Shown: positions 1 to 10,558 of the stretch, one piece after another
Numbering within the stretch: position 1 is the first letter of the stretch
Layout: each line of letters opens with the position of its first letter
Assembly: GCA_020184695.1 (NCBI GenBank)
Contig: JAANOX010000280.1
Coordinates: 62,001 to 126,000 of the forward strand
Direction of reading: 5' to 3'
Source: Histomonas meleagridis 2922-C6/04-290x
Taxonomy: Eukaryota > Protista > Parabasalia
Length of the DNA stretch: 64,000 nt
The notes under the pieces: model-generated
Databases searched by the model: none
What the model saw: the letters and a program-made list of their open reading frames with translations, nothing else
What the model was told of the DNA's origin: nothing
Translations under genes and position numbers: made by a program

Positions 1-1575
1 ATTATTTATAAAGATCAAGAGTCAATAAGATTTATTGGCTTCATTAAAGTCAAATCACAATTCATCTTTTCAGCACATCAAGTAATTGATGCGATTCTAT
101 CGAAGACGGTTTTTAATAGTAAAAGTGGATTTTATCCAATAACAAATGTTTCATATCATTCTGATTTAGATATCCTACTAATTTCTACGCCAAACCAATT
201 TTTAGTAATATATAAAGATAAAACGATATCGAAAATCATTGAAATTAATATACAAAACATTAATATATTCAATGAATTTATAGTAATATTTTCGAAAGAT
301 ATCATTACAATATTTGATATTTATGAGTTAAATATAATATTAAAAACAAATTTCCATTATTCACCTGAAACTATTTCAGTCTTTGATAAACAAATGATAG
401 TTACAAATCCATATCATTATACAATTATCCAATTATTTGAAGATGAAATTAAAAAAGACTTATTAAAATGTGGTAAATATTACATAAGTTTTAATCATAA
501 ACATTCGAATGAGAAAATTCGAAATGCATTTTATTATGATAATGAATCACCAATTATATATTATGATGATGGTGATATATATAATATAAAACTAAAACAA
601 TTCATTTGTACAGATGTAATTTATGCATTTCAATTTGATTCTCCACCAATTATCTTTATGAGATCGGAGAACTTTATATATATTAATATAAAAAGCTTAA
701 TAATGAAACTACAATGTAATGGAATATTAACAAATGGAAACATATTATTTAGCCCTAAGGAATTAGAATTTGGTAAATTTGCATTAGATCCTTATCGATT
801 TGGTTGTTATATATTAATAAATAGTTTAAACGAAAAAGAAACATTAGAATTATTATTGAATTCATATCGAAAAAAAGAATATTTCAAATATGTTTTATTC
901 GAAACATTTCATTTATCTTTTGTATATAATATTACACAAAATGTTATTAATTTTTTGGATGAATATGTTCAGCCTGGTTTAATTGCTGAAACATTTGTTA
1001 ATGTTTTACCAAATCTTAAAAAAGAAAATTTAAATTTGTTTTATAATGAAATAAAAATAAATTGGGATAAAATATATCCTTTAATACCTAAAAAATTTAG
1101 AACAAATTTCTTAATAAATTTAAATTATAAAACTTTTTTAAGTCTAGTTGATAATCATCCAAAGTTTATCGATGATGAAGAACTTATTATAAAGTGTATT
1201 GTCGAAAAGAAATTTATTCGTTGTTTTGTTTTTACTTATAACAAATCAATAAATTTCTTTTCTTATTTTAATGAGAATTCTGTGACAATAAAATTCGATT
1301 TGAAAGAAGCAATAGAATTATTCGAAAATGAATTTGTTGAATGGGAAAACTTTGACGGAATTACTAAAATATTAAATTTCTTTGGAAGTTCATTACAAAT
1401 TGTGAATTATAATATCCTTTCTTTAAGTATTTTCTTAATAATTAAAGATCAAAATAAAGTAAATTCTATTCTATTAGTTGATGATGATTTACTTCAAGAA
1501 GCAATGAATTATATTAAAATAAATAATTATAAATATTCCAAAATTCTTCAAATTGCTTTAAAAAATAATTTATAG
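1..1575 (+). CDS. Hypothetical protein, 5'-truncated by the window (beta-strand-rich N-terminal part, helical C-terminal part)
   Basis: Frame 1 is open from base 1 (IIYKDQESIRFIGFIKV...) through the tracked ORF 394-1575. No recognisable family motif. Confidence 0.75.
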   Translation: MIYKDQESIRFIGFIKVKSQFIFSAHQVIDAILSKTVFNSKSGFYPITNVSYHSDLDILLISTPNQFLVIYKDKTISKIIEINIQNINIFNEFIVIFSKDIITIFDIYELNIILKTNFHYSPETISVFDKQMIVTNPYHYTIIQLFEDEIKKDLLKCGKYYISFNHKHSNEKIRNAFYYDNESPIIYYDDGDIYNIKLKQFICTDVIYAFQFDSPPIIFMRSENFIYINIKSLIMKLQCNGILTNGNILFSPKELEFGKFALDPYRFGCYILINSLNEKETLELLLNSYRKKEYFKYVLFETFHLSFVYNITQNVINFLDEYVQPGLIAETFVNVLPNLKKENLNLFYNEIKINWDKIYPLIPKKFRTNFLINLNYKTFLSLVDNHPKFIDDEELIIKCIVEKKFIRCFVFTYNKSINFFSYFNENSVTIKFDLKEAIELFENEFVEWENFDGITKILNFFGSSLQIVNYNILSLSIFLIIKDQNKVNSILLVDDDLLQEAMNYIKINNYKYSKILQIALKNNL

Positions 1576-1709
1576 TACGATAGAGAAATAACCGTTGATT
1601 TTCAATGTATAACTGCTACGATATGGAAAAAAACTGTTGTCGTGATTTGAGTACGTTAACAAATTGCCAACTCACTTCACTGTCACTTTTCTGGGTCAGT
1701 TTTAGATCA

Positions 1710-4463
1710 ATGACAGTAACAATTGAATCAATCGTGAATGCTGCCCAAATTGTTTCTCAAGGTAATGTTGATGGTATGCAAGGTGCTTTAGAACTACTTA
1801 ATGCATGGGAATCTGATGATAATTGTATACTTATTGCATGTGAAGTAATTTCCAAAGGAAATGATCCTTCTGCAGATTTCTTTGCAGCTACAATTATGGA
1901 TCATAAAATCCCATTTATGTGGAATAAAATTGATGATGAAACTAAAGAACCAATTAGACAATTAATATATCAAAAGATGCATACATCCAACCATATTCCT
2001 ACCATCTATGCCTTATGTAGATCACTTTCACATATCGCATTATATGAATGGCCTGAAATATGGGAAGGTTTTTCACAGTTAATTTTACCAGAAGAAGACA
2101 CAGCACAAACGTTTGCACTTTTAGAATCATTTTTAAATGATATTGAAGAGTCTCCAAACATTACAGAAAATCGCCGCCAATCACTTCGAAATCAATTACG
2201 ACAACAGCAACGCGCAGAGAAGTTATATTTACGTATTCAAAATGCGCTAAATAATCCCGACTTTCATATTCCAGCGTTAAGTGCATTTAGTGCAATTTTA
2301 TCATGGTGTCCCATGCAATTAATTAATGGCAATGTTATTACTCTTTTATGTACAGCATTTTTAGCCAACAGGAACACGATTGATTTATCACTTAAATGCT
2401 TGACGACCATATTTTTAAAGCGTACAGATTCTGTCCGCTGTTTTCATCATCATTATTCTATTTTATTAGAAACTTTTGCGACAGTTAAATATATTGATAG
2501 TGAACAATCGATTACTACATATAATAAGTCGATTATTTTTTTACAAAAGATCTTTTATAAGTATTTACATCCATTATTTTCATTATTAGAACATATTATT
2601 GGAAGTCCAATGGCACAACATTTAAATCATTTATTCCAAGTCATTTTATCATTACCAACTGATTTAATCACACGAAAGTTTTGGTTAATTTGGTCACAAA
2701 TCGGAATACAACTTACGAATGAACAAATTGGTTCTGATTCACATATGAATCATATATCGCCATTCTTTCTTCCATTAATAGGATCAATTCGACAATCATT
2801 ATATTTGAACTTACAATTTGCTATCAATGAAGATGGTATTCTTCAAGAAGAAGCACGTAATTGTTGGGCTAAATGGGTCGAATATGATTATCAAACAATG
2901 TTTCAATTCTTAGGACAACAAAATCCTTCACCATCATTATGTTATGCATTAGGATGTCAAGAACTTGTACGTGCATCTACGCAAGAAATGGGTGAAATTA
3001 ATACATTAATCCAAGAGTTATTACCAGAAGGAGAAATTCGATTTGATTCTACTTCAAGTGATAATTCGAAATATCATTTAGCATTTTTATATGGATTAAG
3101 TCGTGCTTCAACATTTTTATTTTCGATGGATTTATTTCCTAAATTCATTGAATATTGTAATCAATGTTTACAAGACTCGAATGAACATGTTTGTAATGCA
3201 GCATCTTATGCATATTTATATACAGCACAACATCATCCGGAATTATTTATAAAGAATGAAATGGAATTTACTGAAGAATTAATATCACAAACTGAATTCT
3301 TTATACATCAATTATCACGAGAATCTTCAATCCGAATGTATCAATGTATTATATCAATATTACAAACAATTCAATCTGATTCAGTCGTACAATATTATCA
3401 ACAAATGTTTAAGAGTGTTAGTGATGCATTATCTGATTCGAATGGTTATATAGTTGAAACCTCATTAATAATTATTAGTGAATGTGCAAATTTGGATTAT
3501 CTTAAAGATAATGAACGGAAACAAATATATCAAAAAATTGTACCATTTATATATCCACAAGTATTAAACATTGCAAAAATTATAATTCCAGATCAAACTA
3601 AAACTCCGGAATCAATTGATTGTATCTTAAACACAATCTTTTCATGTTTTTATGCATTAGATTTCGATACAGATAAACAACGAATTTATGAAATAATTGA
3701 TTTATGTTTAGCACGACAACAAATACTTCCAAGTTATTTCACGTTTTTATGTAACTTAAGACAAATATTTCCAGATTTAGGTGAAAGTTGGGAACAAATC
3801 TATAATTGTTTTATATTACCAGCGTTACAATATGAGCCACCATTATTATCTGAAGTTTTAACATTAATTTCACGATTTAAAGGATCGAAAGTAGACTTTG
3901 ATTGGTTCATTCGTTTATGTATTGAAGCATTAACAAACTTTGACCGTGAAATTAATATATCTTCTGTGAAAGCTTTGATTAGAGTGTTCCGTGAATTAGA
4001 TACACCTGTGTTTTATCAATTGTTAAATACTTATGGCGTCGAATTATGTTCTGCAATATTCTTCGCTATGTTCGACTCAATGCATAAGTCAGTGTTCGAT
4101 TATTACTCCAAATTATTGTTTAAAATTTGTAGCTTCCTAGTAAATCAAAATATGCAATCAGAAGAATGGTTATCATTAATAATTGGTTCATTACAAAGAT
4201 GTGAAGTAGAAGAACCTGAAGAGGGACTTTTCGTAAACTTCACAAAATTGTTGAACCGTTTGGCTGTGGAACAAAATAAAGATGACTTCCAACAGGCATT
4301 AAAGGACTTCTTGATTGTGATGAATAGAGTGTCCCCGGGAGACGAGAAATTGTTCTCAAGCAAAAAGTTTAGAATGAATGATATCTTGTTCAACGGCGGA
4401 GGAATGATACAAACAAATATGTTCAACAGCGACCAATTTAATGGGTTCAGGTTCCAGTTATAA
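1710..4463 (+). CDS. Importin-beta family HEAT protein, exportin-1/CRM1-like (divergent)
   Basis: IBN_N/Xpo1-like segment 'FFAATIMDHKI...W...LSHIALYEWPEIWEGF'. ATG at 1710 follows Inr-like TCAGT (1696-1700) and is preferred over 1605. Confidence 0.7.
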   Translation: MTVTIESIVNAAQIVSQGNVDGMQGALELLNAWESDDNCILIACEVISKGNDPSADFFAATIMDHKIPFMWNKIDDETKEPIRQLIYQKMHTSNHIPTIYALCRSLSHIALYEWPEIWEGFSQLILPEEDTAQTFALLESFLNDIEESPNITENRRQSLRNQLRQQQRAEKLYLRIQNALNNPDFHIPALSAFSAILSWCPMQLINGNVITLLCTAFLANRNTIDLSLKCLTTIFLKRTDSVRCFHHHYSILLETFATVKYIDSEQSITTYNKSIIFLQKIFYKYLHPLFSLLEHIIGSPMAQHLNHLFQVILSLPTDLITRKFWLIWSQIGIQLTNEQIGSDSHMNHISPFFLPLIGSIRQSLYLNLQFAINEDGILQEEARNCWAKWVEYDYQTMFQFLGQQNPSPSLCYALGCQELVRASTQEMGEINTLIQELLPEGEIRFDSTSSDNSKYHLAFLYGLSRASTFLFSMDLFPKFIEYCNQCLQDSNEHVCNAASYAYLYTAQHHPELFIKNEMEFTEELISQTEFFIHQLSRESSIRMYQCIISILQTIQSDSVVQYYQQMFKSVSDALSDSNGYIVETSLIIISECANLDYLKDNERKQIYQKIVPFIYPQVLNIAKIIIPDQTKTPESIDCILNTIFSCFYALDFDTDKQRIYEIIDLCLARQQILPSYFTFLCNLRQIFPDLGESWEQIYNCFILPALQYEPPLLSEVLTLISRFKGSKVDFDWFIRLCIEALTNFDREINISSVKALIRVFRELDTPVFYQLLNTYGVELCSAIFFAMFDSMHKSVFDYYSKLLFKICSFLVNQNMQSEEWLSLIIGSLQRCEVEEPEEGLFVNFTKLLNRLAVEQNKDDFQQALKDFLIVMNRVSPGDEKLFSSKKFRMNDILFNGGGMIQTNMFNSDQFNGFRFQL

Positions 4464-4706
4464 ATTATATCTTCAAAATAAATAAAAAGTTAATGTTAAA
4501 AATATTTGTTAAAGACATTCGAATGCGAAATGTTTGGTGCGAAGGAAATTCTTTTGTTGTTGCAACATTGTAATATATGTTTCGATGCTTCGCTAAAGAA
4601 ATTCATTTTGTTGTTTGTTGATTATTTGCAATGATAAAAATCAGTATTTGGCTTCAGCTCAGAATTGATTAAAAAAATATTTTAATGTGTTTTAATTACA
4701 ATATAA

Positions 4707-4970
4707 TTATATTTGTGCATTAAATTTATCCTCTTTAAAATCGCCTTCTTCAATATTTGTTATTGATGTTGTTGTTACATATGTATTCATTGTTTCCATT
4801 TCATTTTGTTCCGAACTTTCGGTTTCGTTTTCATTACTTTTCTGTTTTTTATTTCGTATACGAATTAACAACACAATAAGTAATGAAATTATAATTAAAG
4901 CGACAAAAGCTAAGCAAACAGCAATAACAACAATCGCTTAAATTGCCCACGATTTGGCTTTTCTGATTTC
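4707..4970 (-). pseudogene. Orphan C-terminal fragment of a single-pass surface protein (TM helix plus acidic tail)
   Basis: Minus frame reads EIRKAKSWAI*AIVVIAVCLAFVALIIISLLIVLLIRIRNKKQKSNENETESSEQNEMETMNTYVTTTSITNIEEGDFKEDKFNAQI*. In-frame TAA at 4938-4940, with no start codon or ectodomain upstream. Confidence 0.6.
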
Positions 4971-5159
4971 TTAGAGTATGAACATAGTTGCATTTTTGTG
5001 AGTTTTTGAGATAATTCTAAATAATTTAAATAAATTTTAAAATTTGAAACATTTGATATTATGTAACCATTTGTGATTTCTATTATGTAATAAATTCATA
5101 AGAGGAAAAACAACATTCTTCATGAATAAAGTAAATTGAGAAGCTGTGTTCATATTTTT

Positions 5160-7162
5160 ATGAAAAAGAAATCAGCAAACAAGAAGCAAATAGAATTTCT
5201 TAAAACTCTTCAAGAAATTGTGTTTGGTTTACACGAATCTAATATTGAATTATCTGTTCAAACGATAATGGATTTATTTAATCCAAATTTTGTAGATACC
5301 TTTAATCTAATTCTTTGCAATTTAATTTATGAATCTTTTTCTTCACAAATTGACCAAGCTAAAACATTTATTAACTTCATTAAATTAATTAATACTAAAG
5401 AAAAAAAGAAAAAGAAAATAGAAAAAGGTTTATTCCAAATATTTTCTCAATTTCTTTTTGATAAGAATTCACAAGAATCTTATTATCTCATTGAAGAAAT
5501 GATCAAAAACAAATTAATAAAGTCTAAAGTTGTTGAAGATAAGCCTATTTTATATTTTGCACAATATAAAAAAATTGAAGAAACAGAACGATTAAAAATT
5601 TCATCACGATTTAAAGAAGAATTTTTTAATAATTTTGATGACTTACGAAGAGATAATTGGAGTCTTCATAAGAAATTTGTTTCTGAAGGGATAAATCAAT
5701 TAGAAATTGCAAAAATAATTCGGAATGATGAAATTGAAAAACTTCAAGAAATTTCAACAAAAAACAATTTCGATTTTAATCAAAAGATTCAACCATCACT
5801 ATATGAAAGATTTTCTTTCATTAATACTATGAATGTTTCATTAATTGATTATTCAGCATTCTTTGCATCAATAAAATGTTTTAAATATTTAATGTTAAAT
5901 AGTTCTGATTTAACAAATACATGTAAATATGCTATTGCTGGTGGAAACATCGAAATATTTCATTTATGTGAACAAAAGAATTCATCTTTAAATGAAGCAT
6001 ATGAAACAGCAATTAAATTTCATCGAAATGATATTTTCCATTATCTTTACGAAGATAAAAAACTAGAAGTTAAAGATTTAAATGAATTAGGAAAGAAATG
6101 TATTTTATATAATGAATTTAATATTTTTTCATATCTAGAAGATAAAGGAATGAAACTTAATCAAATGTTTATACATGAAGCATCAAAAGTTGGTAACTTA
6201 TTCTTGATTAAATATTTATTAAAAAGATATAAAATGCCGAAAAATATTTTGTTGTCTGCTGTCGAATCACGAAACATTGAACTTTTAGATTATATCATCG
6301 AAAAAGAAGGAATAAGTTTTAATCCTAAAAATTTTTATTTTTATAATTTGAAAATTGTTTTCTTTTTTTAATGTTTTATGTTAGTATTTGGTGATATTTT
6401 AAGTGATTTCAAACACCACTTATTATTGCATCTATAAATGGTTATACTGATGTTGTAGAGTTTATTTTGGAACAACAAGGTGTTGATAATAATATTGCTG
6501 ATGATTTTATGTTTTATTTAATTTTAGTTTTGTTGTTTTAATATTTTATAATAATATTTGGTGTTTCTTTGATATAATTTTTACAGCAATTATGTGGGCT
6601 TCTCAAAATGGTTTTTATGATATCGTTAAGATATTTATCTATCATGAAGGAACCGATATTAATGCTAGAGATGTTTTTTTATTTTTGTTGGATAATTTAC
6701 TTTACTTCAAATTTTGAAATTATATTTGGAATTTATTAAAATTATTTAATAAAGCGTTTTTATTAGCAGTGAAGAATAATCACTATGATATTATCAATTT
6801 GTTTATAACTGAGAAAGAAATTGATATAAATACAAAAGATGATTATGATTTTCTTTTGAAGTTTACTTTAGTTATTTGATTTTTTAATATAAAATTTGGA
6901 ATTTAATCAATTTATTTAAAACTGCCTTAATGATTGCATCAATTCTTGGATATGATGAAATTGCTTCTTTACTTCTTAACCAAAATGAAATAGATATTAA
7001 TGCTAAAGATGTTAATATATTTTATTAAAAGTTCTTTTCTATAAAATGATATTTAAAATAAGTATTTAAAACTTAATCAAATATTTTCAAACAGCTCTTA
7101 TGCTTGCATCAAATAATGGTCATTCAAATATTGTAAAACTTATTGAAGAAAACAGTGATTAA
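5160..7162 (+). CDS. DUF3447-type ankyrin-repeat protein; the C-terminal ankyrin repeats are split by non-canonical inserts
   Basis: 'SLYERFSFIN...LIDYSAFFASIKCFKYL...YAIAGGNIEIFHLCEQ' matches the parabasalid DUF3447/ankyrin family. Beyond the stop at 6371, five further stop-free ankyrin segments start at 6413, 6583, 6751, 6921 and 7091 (TPLIIAS, TAIMWAS, KAFLLAV, TALMIAS, TALMLAS), ending at TAA 7160-7162. ATG 5160 follows TCATATT. Confidence 0.85.
6339..7087 (+). other. Five pairs of fixed-length U-rich intervening sequences (51/51/49/51/51 nt plus 17 nt each)
   Basis: Long gaps 6339-6389, 6509-6559, 6679-6727, 6847-6897, 7017-7067. Short gaps 6393-6409, 6563-6579, 6731-6747, 6901-6917, 7071-7087. 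Exact boundaries can slide by a few nt. Confidence 0.7.
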
Positions 7163-7486
7163 TCGCAAAAGATTTTTTCATTTTTATTATAATTCATTAA
7201 ATCAATAATGAGTTAATATTTTTATACTTTTTTTTTTTGATTAAATGAATAATTTTAAAAAAGAACTTAAAGTCATTATGAAAAGTATTGATGAAAATTA
7301 TGTTTTTTTCATAAAAAAATATTTTTTCTCCTGTTAGTATCTAAATGTTATATTTATTATGAGCATGATCAAAGCTTAAGATATTGACAATGATAAGTTC
7401 TCTTCTTCTGAAGACGTTAATTCACATCACATTAACCGCCTTCAAAGATTTTAACGGTCGAGAGATGGTCCTCGCACAAAATCTAA

Positions 7487-10000
7487 ATGTTCAAAGTCAC
7501 AAAAGAGCAAATTGACAAAATTCTTTCAAGACCAGACCACATGTATAATTTTTGTATTCTAGCGCATGTTGATCATGGTAAAACGACTCTTTGCGACCAT
7601 TTACTCGCGACCAATGGCATTATTACAAAAGAACTTGCAGGAGAAGTTCGGTATATGGACTGCCTTCCAGCTGAACGAGAAAGAAACATTACTATGAAGA
7701 CTTCGGCAATCTCATTATTATCACGAAAAGAAGAAGATTTATATTATTTTACAGTTGTAGATTCGCCCGGGCATGTCGATTTTGAGGCAGAGGTTTCAAA
7801 TGCGGCACGTCTTTCAGATGGGTGTATTGTTTTAGTTGATGCTGTTGAAGGTGTTTGTGTTCAAACTGAACTTGTTTTACGTGTTGCCTTACGTGAAAAA
7901 TTAACTATTGTTTTAGTTATTAACAAGATTGATAGACTTTTTCTTGAAATGAATATGGATCCAATACAAGCCGAAATTCATCTTCAGCAACTTTTAACAG
8001 AAGTTAATGCAGCCACTGGTCTTGACGAACCACCATTTGATCCCACTTTAGGCAATATTATTTTTGCATCCTGTAATGGTAAATGGGGACTCTCACTTCC
8101 AAGCGTTGCACATGAATGGGCTCCAAAGCTCGGAATTACAGAAGAGAAATGTTGTGAATTATTTTGGGGTAATCATTATTATGATACAATAAATAAGAAA
8201 ATTTTGACAAAACCACCACAACCAAACTCATTTTCCTTTTTTGCTCAAGGGATTCTTAATCCTATTCGCAAGGCTTATCAAGAACTTGAAGATCTTAAAA
8301 CATTGTCCAAACGACTTGGAGTTCAATTAGGACCACATGACACACGGATATCATTACTAGCGAAGTGGCGTCCATTGTCTGTATCTTTAATCACTGCTGT
8401 TTATAAATTTTTGTCCATACCAATTATCGCCCAAGAAAAATCCATCAAAACGATATGCCCAAACATTGAACAATATCCAAATCTATATGAAGGCGTCTGT
8501 AAAGTTGATAGTAATGCTCCAACATTTGCATTTGCTCCCAAAATTGTTCATGGTGGAATTCTTCGTTTTCCGCCGCATTCGAAGCAATTTCGTTTTGTAA
8601 TTTATTTACGTGTATACTCCGGCGCAATTAAAATCGGCGACAAACTTTATGCGAAACATTTAAAGTCGAATGAAGATCATGAAATATTTATTGAAGAACT
8701 TTACATATTTATGGGTAATGAACTAATTCCCATAAACAGAGCACCTGCAGGATCTATTGTTGGCATAGGTGTAAATGAGCCCATATTAAAGCAAAGTACA
8801 TTTTCTTCATTATCAGATTTCCCTTTATTTGAACCGACAACTCATTATGCTCAACCTATAATAAAAGTTTCTCTTGAGGCTAATGACTTAAAAGAACAAG
8901 AAAAGCTTGTTAAGGCCGCGGAGTTGTTAGCGAGAATTGATCCAGCAGTAATCATAAGTAACGAAGATAACGGTCAACTTTTGATGAGCGCGATGGGTGA
9001 AGTTCACTTGCAGTTTTGTGTAGACGAACTGAAAACGTTTCTGTCAAATGTTGACTTTAGTGTGTCTGAACCTATCGTACCTTGTAAAGAGACTATCATA
9101 GAGTCATGTAAAGAGCAAACAACATCAGTAGGATCAACGACATGTTCATCATCATGTTTTTCATTATCTAAAGAAGCCATCGAAATCATAGAAAGTCAAC
9201 CCAATTGGAAAATCGAAGACCTAAGAGTGAAATTAGAACCAGTACTTGGTGATATTGCACAAAACATTATTATGTGTACCTCAACAAACTTATTAATAGC
9301 TAATCAAAGCCTTTCCAAATATTTCGATTCATTAATAGCAGGATTCAAGTTAACGGTCGTTTCGGGACCGTTATGCGAAGAACCTATTTATGGTGTTGGG
9401 TTTATCACTTATTCAGTTGGTACACGGCAACTTACGTTAGAATATTTATTACAAATGGATGATGAGACAGCATTTACACCCATGGCGAGTAATTCACCAT
9501 TAATGTTTGGAGAGACTATTTGTTGTGCGAAAGAATCATTTCGTAATTCATTTTTATCATCGCAACCACGAATACTTGAGCCGATGTATCGCTGTGAGAT
9601 CCAAAGTGATTTTACAGTGATTGGTAAAGTTTATGAAGTGTTACAACAACATCGATGTAAAATCGAAGAAGAGAAACAAAAAGAAGGCGGAAACTCGACA
9701 TTGATATCATCGTTCTTACCTGTTATCGAGTCATTTGGATTCCCTCAAGACTTAACAAGTAGAACATCAGGTAAAGCATATCCGCAGCTGATGTTTTCGC
9801 ATTACGAGTTGGTGACAGACGACCCGTTTTGGAAGCCGCAAACTGAAGAAGAACTCGAGAACTATGGAATAGACGGGAAAGAGCTAAGGCCAAACGTCGC
9901 AAAGAAGATCATCGAGTACATAAGAAAGAGGAAAGGAATTTGGAAAGAAAATATCGAATATAAATCAGATAAAAGAGCAACACTTGGGAGAATGAAATGA
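7487..10000 (+). CDS. EFL1: Elongation factor-like GTPase 1 (Ria1/EFL1), 60S maturation
   Basis: G1 'ILAHVDHGKTTLCDHL', 'RYMD...ERERNITMK', 'DSPGHVDF', 'NKID', EF-2-like domains and the Ria1-type C-terminus 'IRKRKG...KRATL'. Confidence 0.9.
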   Translation: MFKVTKEQIDKILSRPDHMYNFCILAHVDHGKTTLCDHLLATNGIITKELAGEVRYMDCLPAERERNITMKTSAISLLSRKEEDLYYFTVVDSPGHVDFEAEVSNAARLSDGCIVLVDAVEGVCVQTELVLRVALREKLTIVLVINKIDRLFLEMNMDPIQAEIHLQQLLTEVNAATGLDEPPFDPTLGNIIFASCNGKWGLSLPSVAHEWAPKLGITEEKCCELFWGNHYYDTINKKILTKPPQPNSFSFFAQGILNPIRKAYQELEDLKTLSKRLGVQLGPHDTRISLLAKWRPLSVSLITAVYKFLSIPIIAQEKSIKTICPNIEQYPNLYEGVCKVDSNAPTFAFAPKIVHGGILRFPPHSKQFRFVIYLRVYSGAIKIGDKLYAKHLKSNEDHEIFIEELYIFMGNELIPINRAPAGSIVGIGVNEPILKQSTFSSLSDFPLFEPTTHYAQPIIKVSLEANDLKEQEKLVKAAELLARIDPAVIISNEDNGQLLMSAMGEVHLQFCVDELKTFLSNVDFSVSEPIVPCKETIIESCKEQTTSVGSTTCSSSCFSLSKEAIEIIESQPNWKIEDLRVKLEPVLGDIAQNIIMCTSTNLLIANQSLSKYFDSLIAGFKLTVVSGPLCEEPIYGVGFITYSVGTRQLTLEYLLQMDDETAFTPMASNSPLMFGETICCAKESFRNSFLSSQPRILEPMYRCEIQSDFTVIGKVYEVLQQHRCKIEEEKQKEGGNSTLISSFLPVIESFGFPQDLTSRTSGKAYPQLMFSHYELVTDDPFWKPQTEEELENYGIDGKELRPNVAKKIIEYIRKRKGIWKENIEYKSDKRATLGRMK

Positions 10001-10558
10001 AATAAATTTATTTTATTTGTAAAGTCAGTAATGAAATATTAAATTTTGTTTTATTTTGTAATGGAAACTTAATGAATTTTAATCGTTTGGTGATAAATGG
10101 GAGAATGACTTCGTGGAAGTAAGACAATATTGTAAATGTGACTGCTATTAGCTAAATTAATTTTTGGTTACAAAATATTTTTTTGGAAATTGGATTTAGA
10201 CCTGGTCTGATCTATTGAATTTTTTTGGTTACTCATTTGGAATTAATTTCTGTTACTAAAATATTTTATAAACTTTATGCAAATAATGTTATTCATTTTG
10301 AATAATGAAACATAACTGCTAGGTATTGAAATAAAATAATACTATTTGCCTTTTACAACTAAATTGTTATATACAATCCTTCAATTTATTTGTTGTTGTT
10401 AATAATAATATATTTTTTATTGCAAGCAAATAAAACATGCTTAATAAGCTTAATCTCCCTAGTTTTATAACAATTTTTATGAGGTGCTTAATTTCGAGAA
10501 TTTTTTTTAACGTTCATTGAATTTTCACATCACATTACACCGATAGGAAAAGAAAAAT

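Noticed and set aside
6339-7087. Ordinary GT-AG introns in the ankyrin gene
   Set aside because: No ACTAAC-type 3' motif. The tested GT/AG pairs either break the frame or hit a stop, and junction 4 has no acceptor AG.
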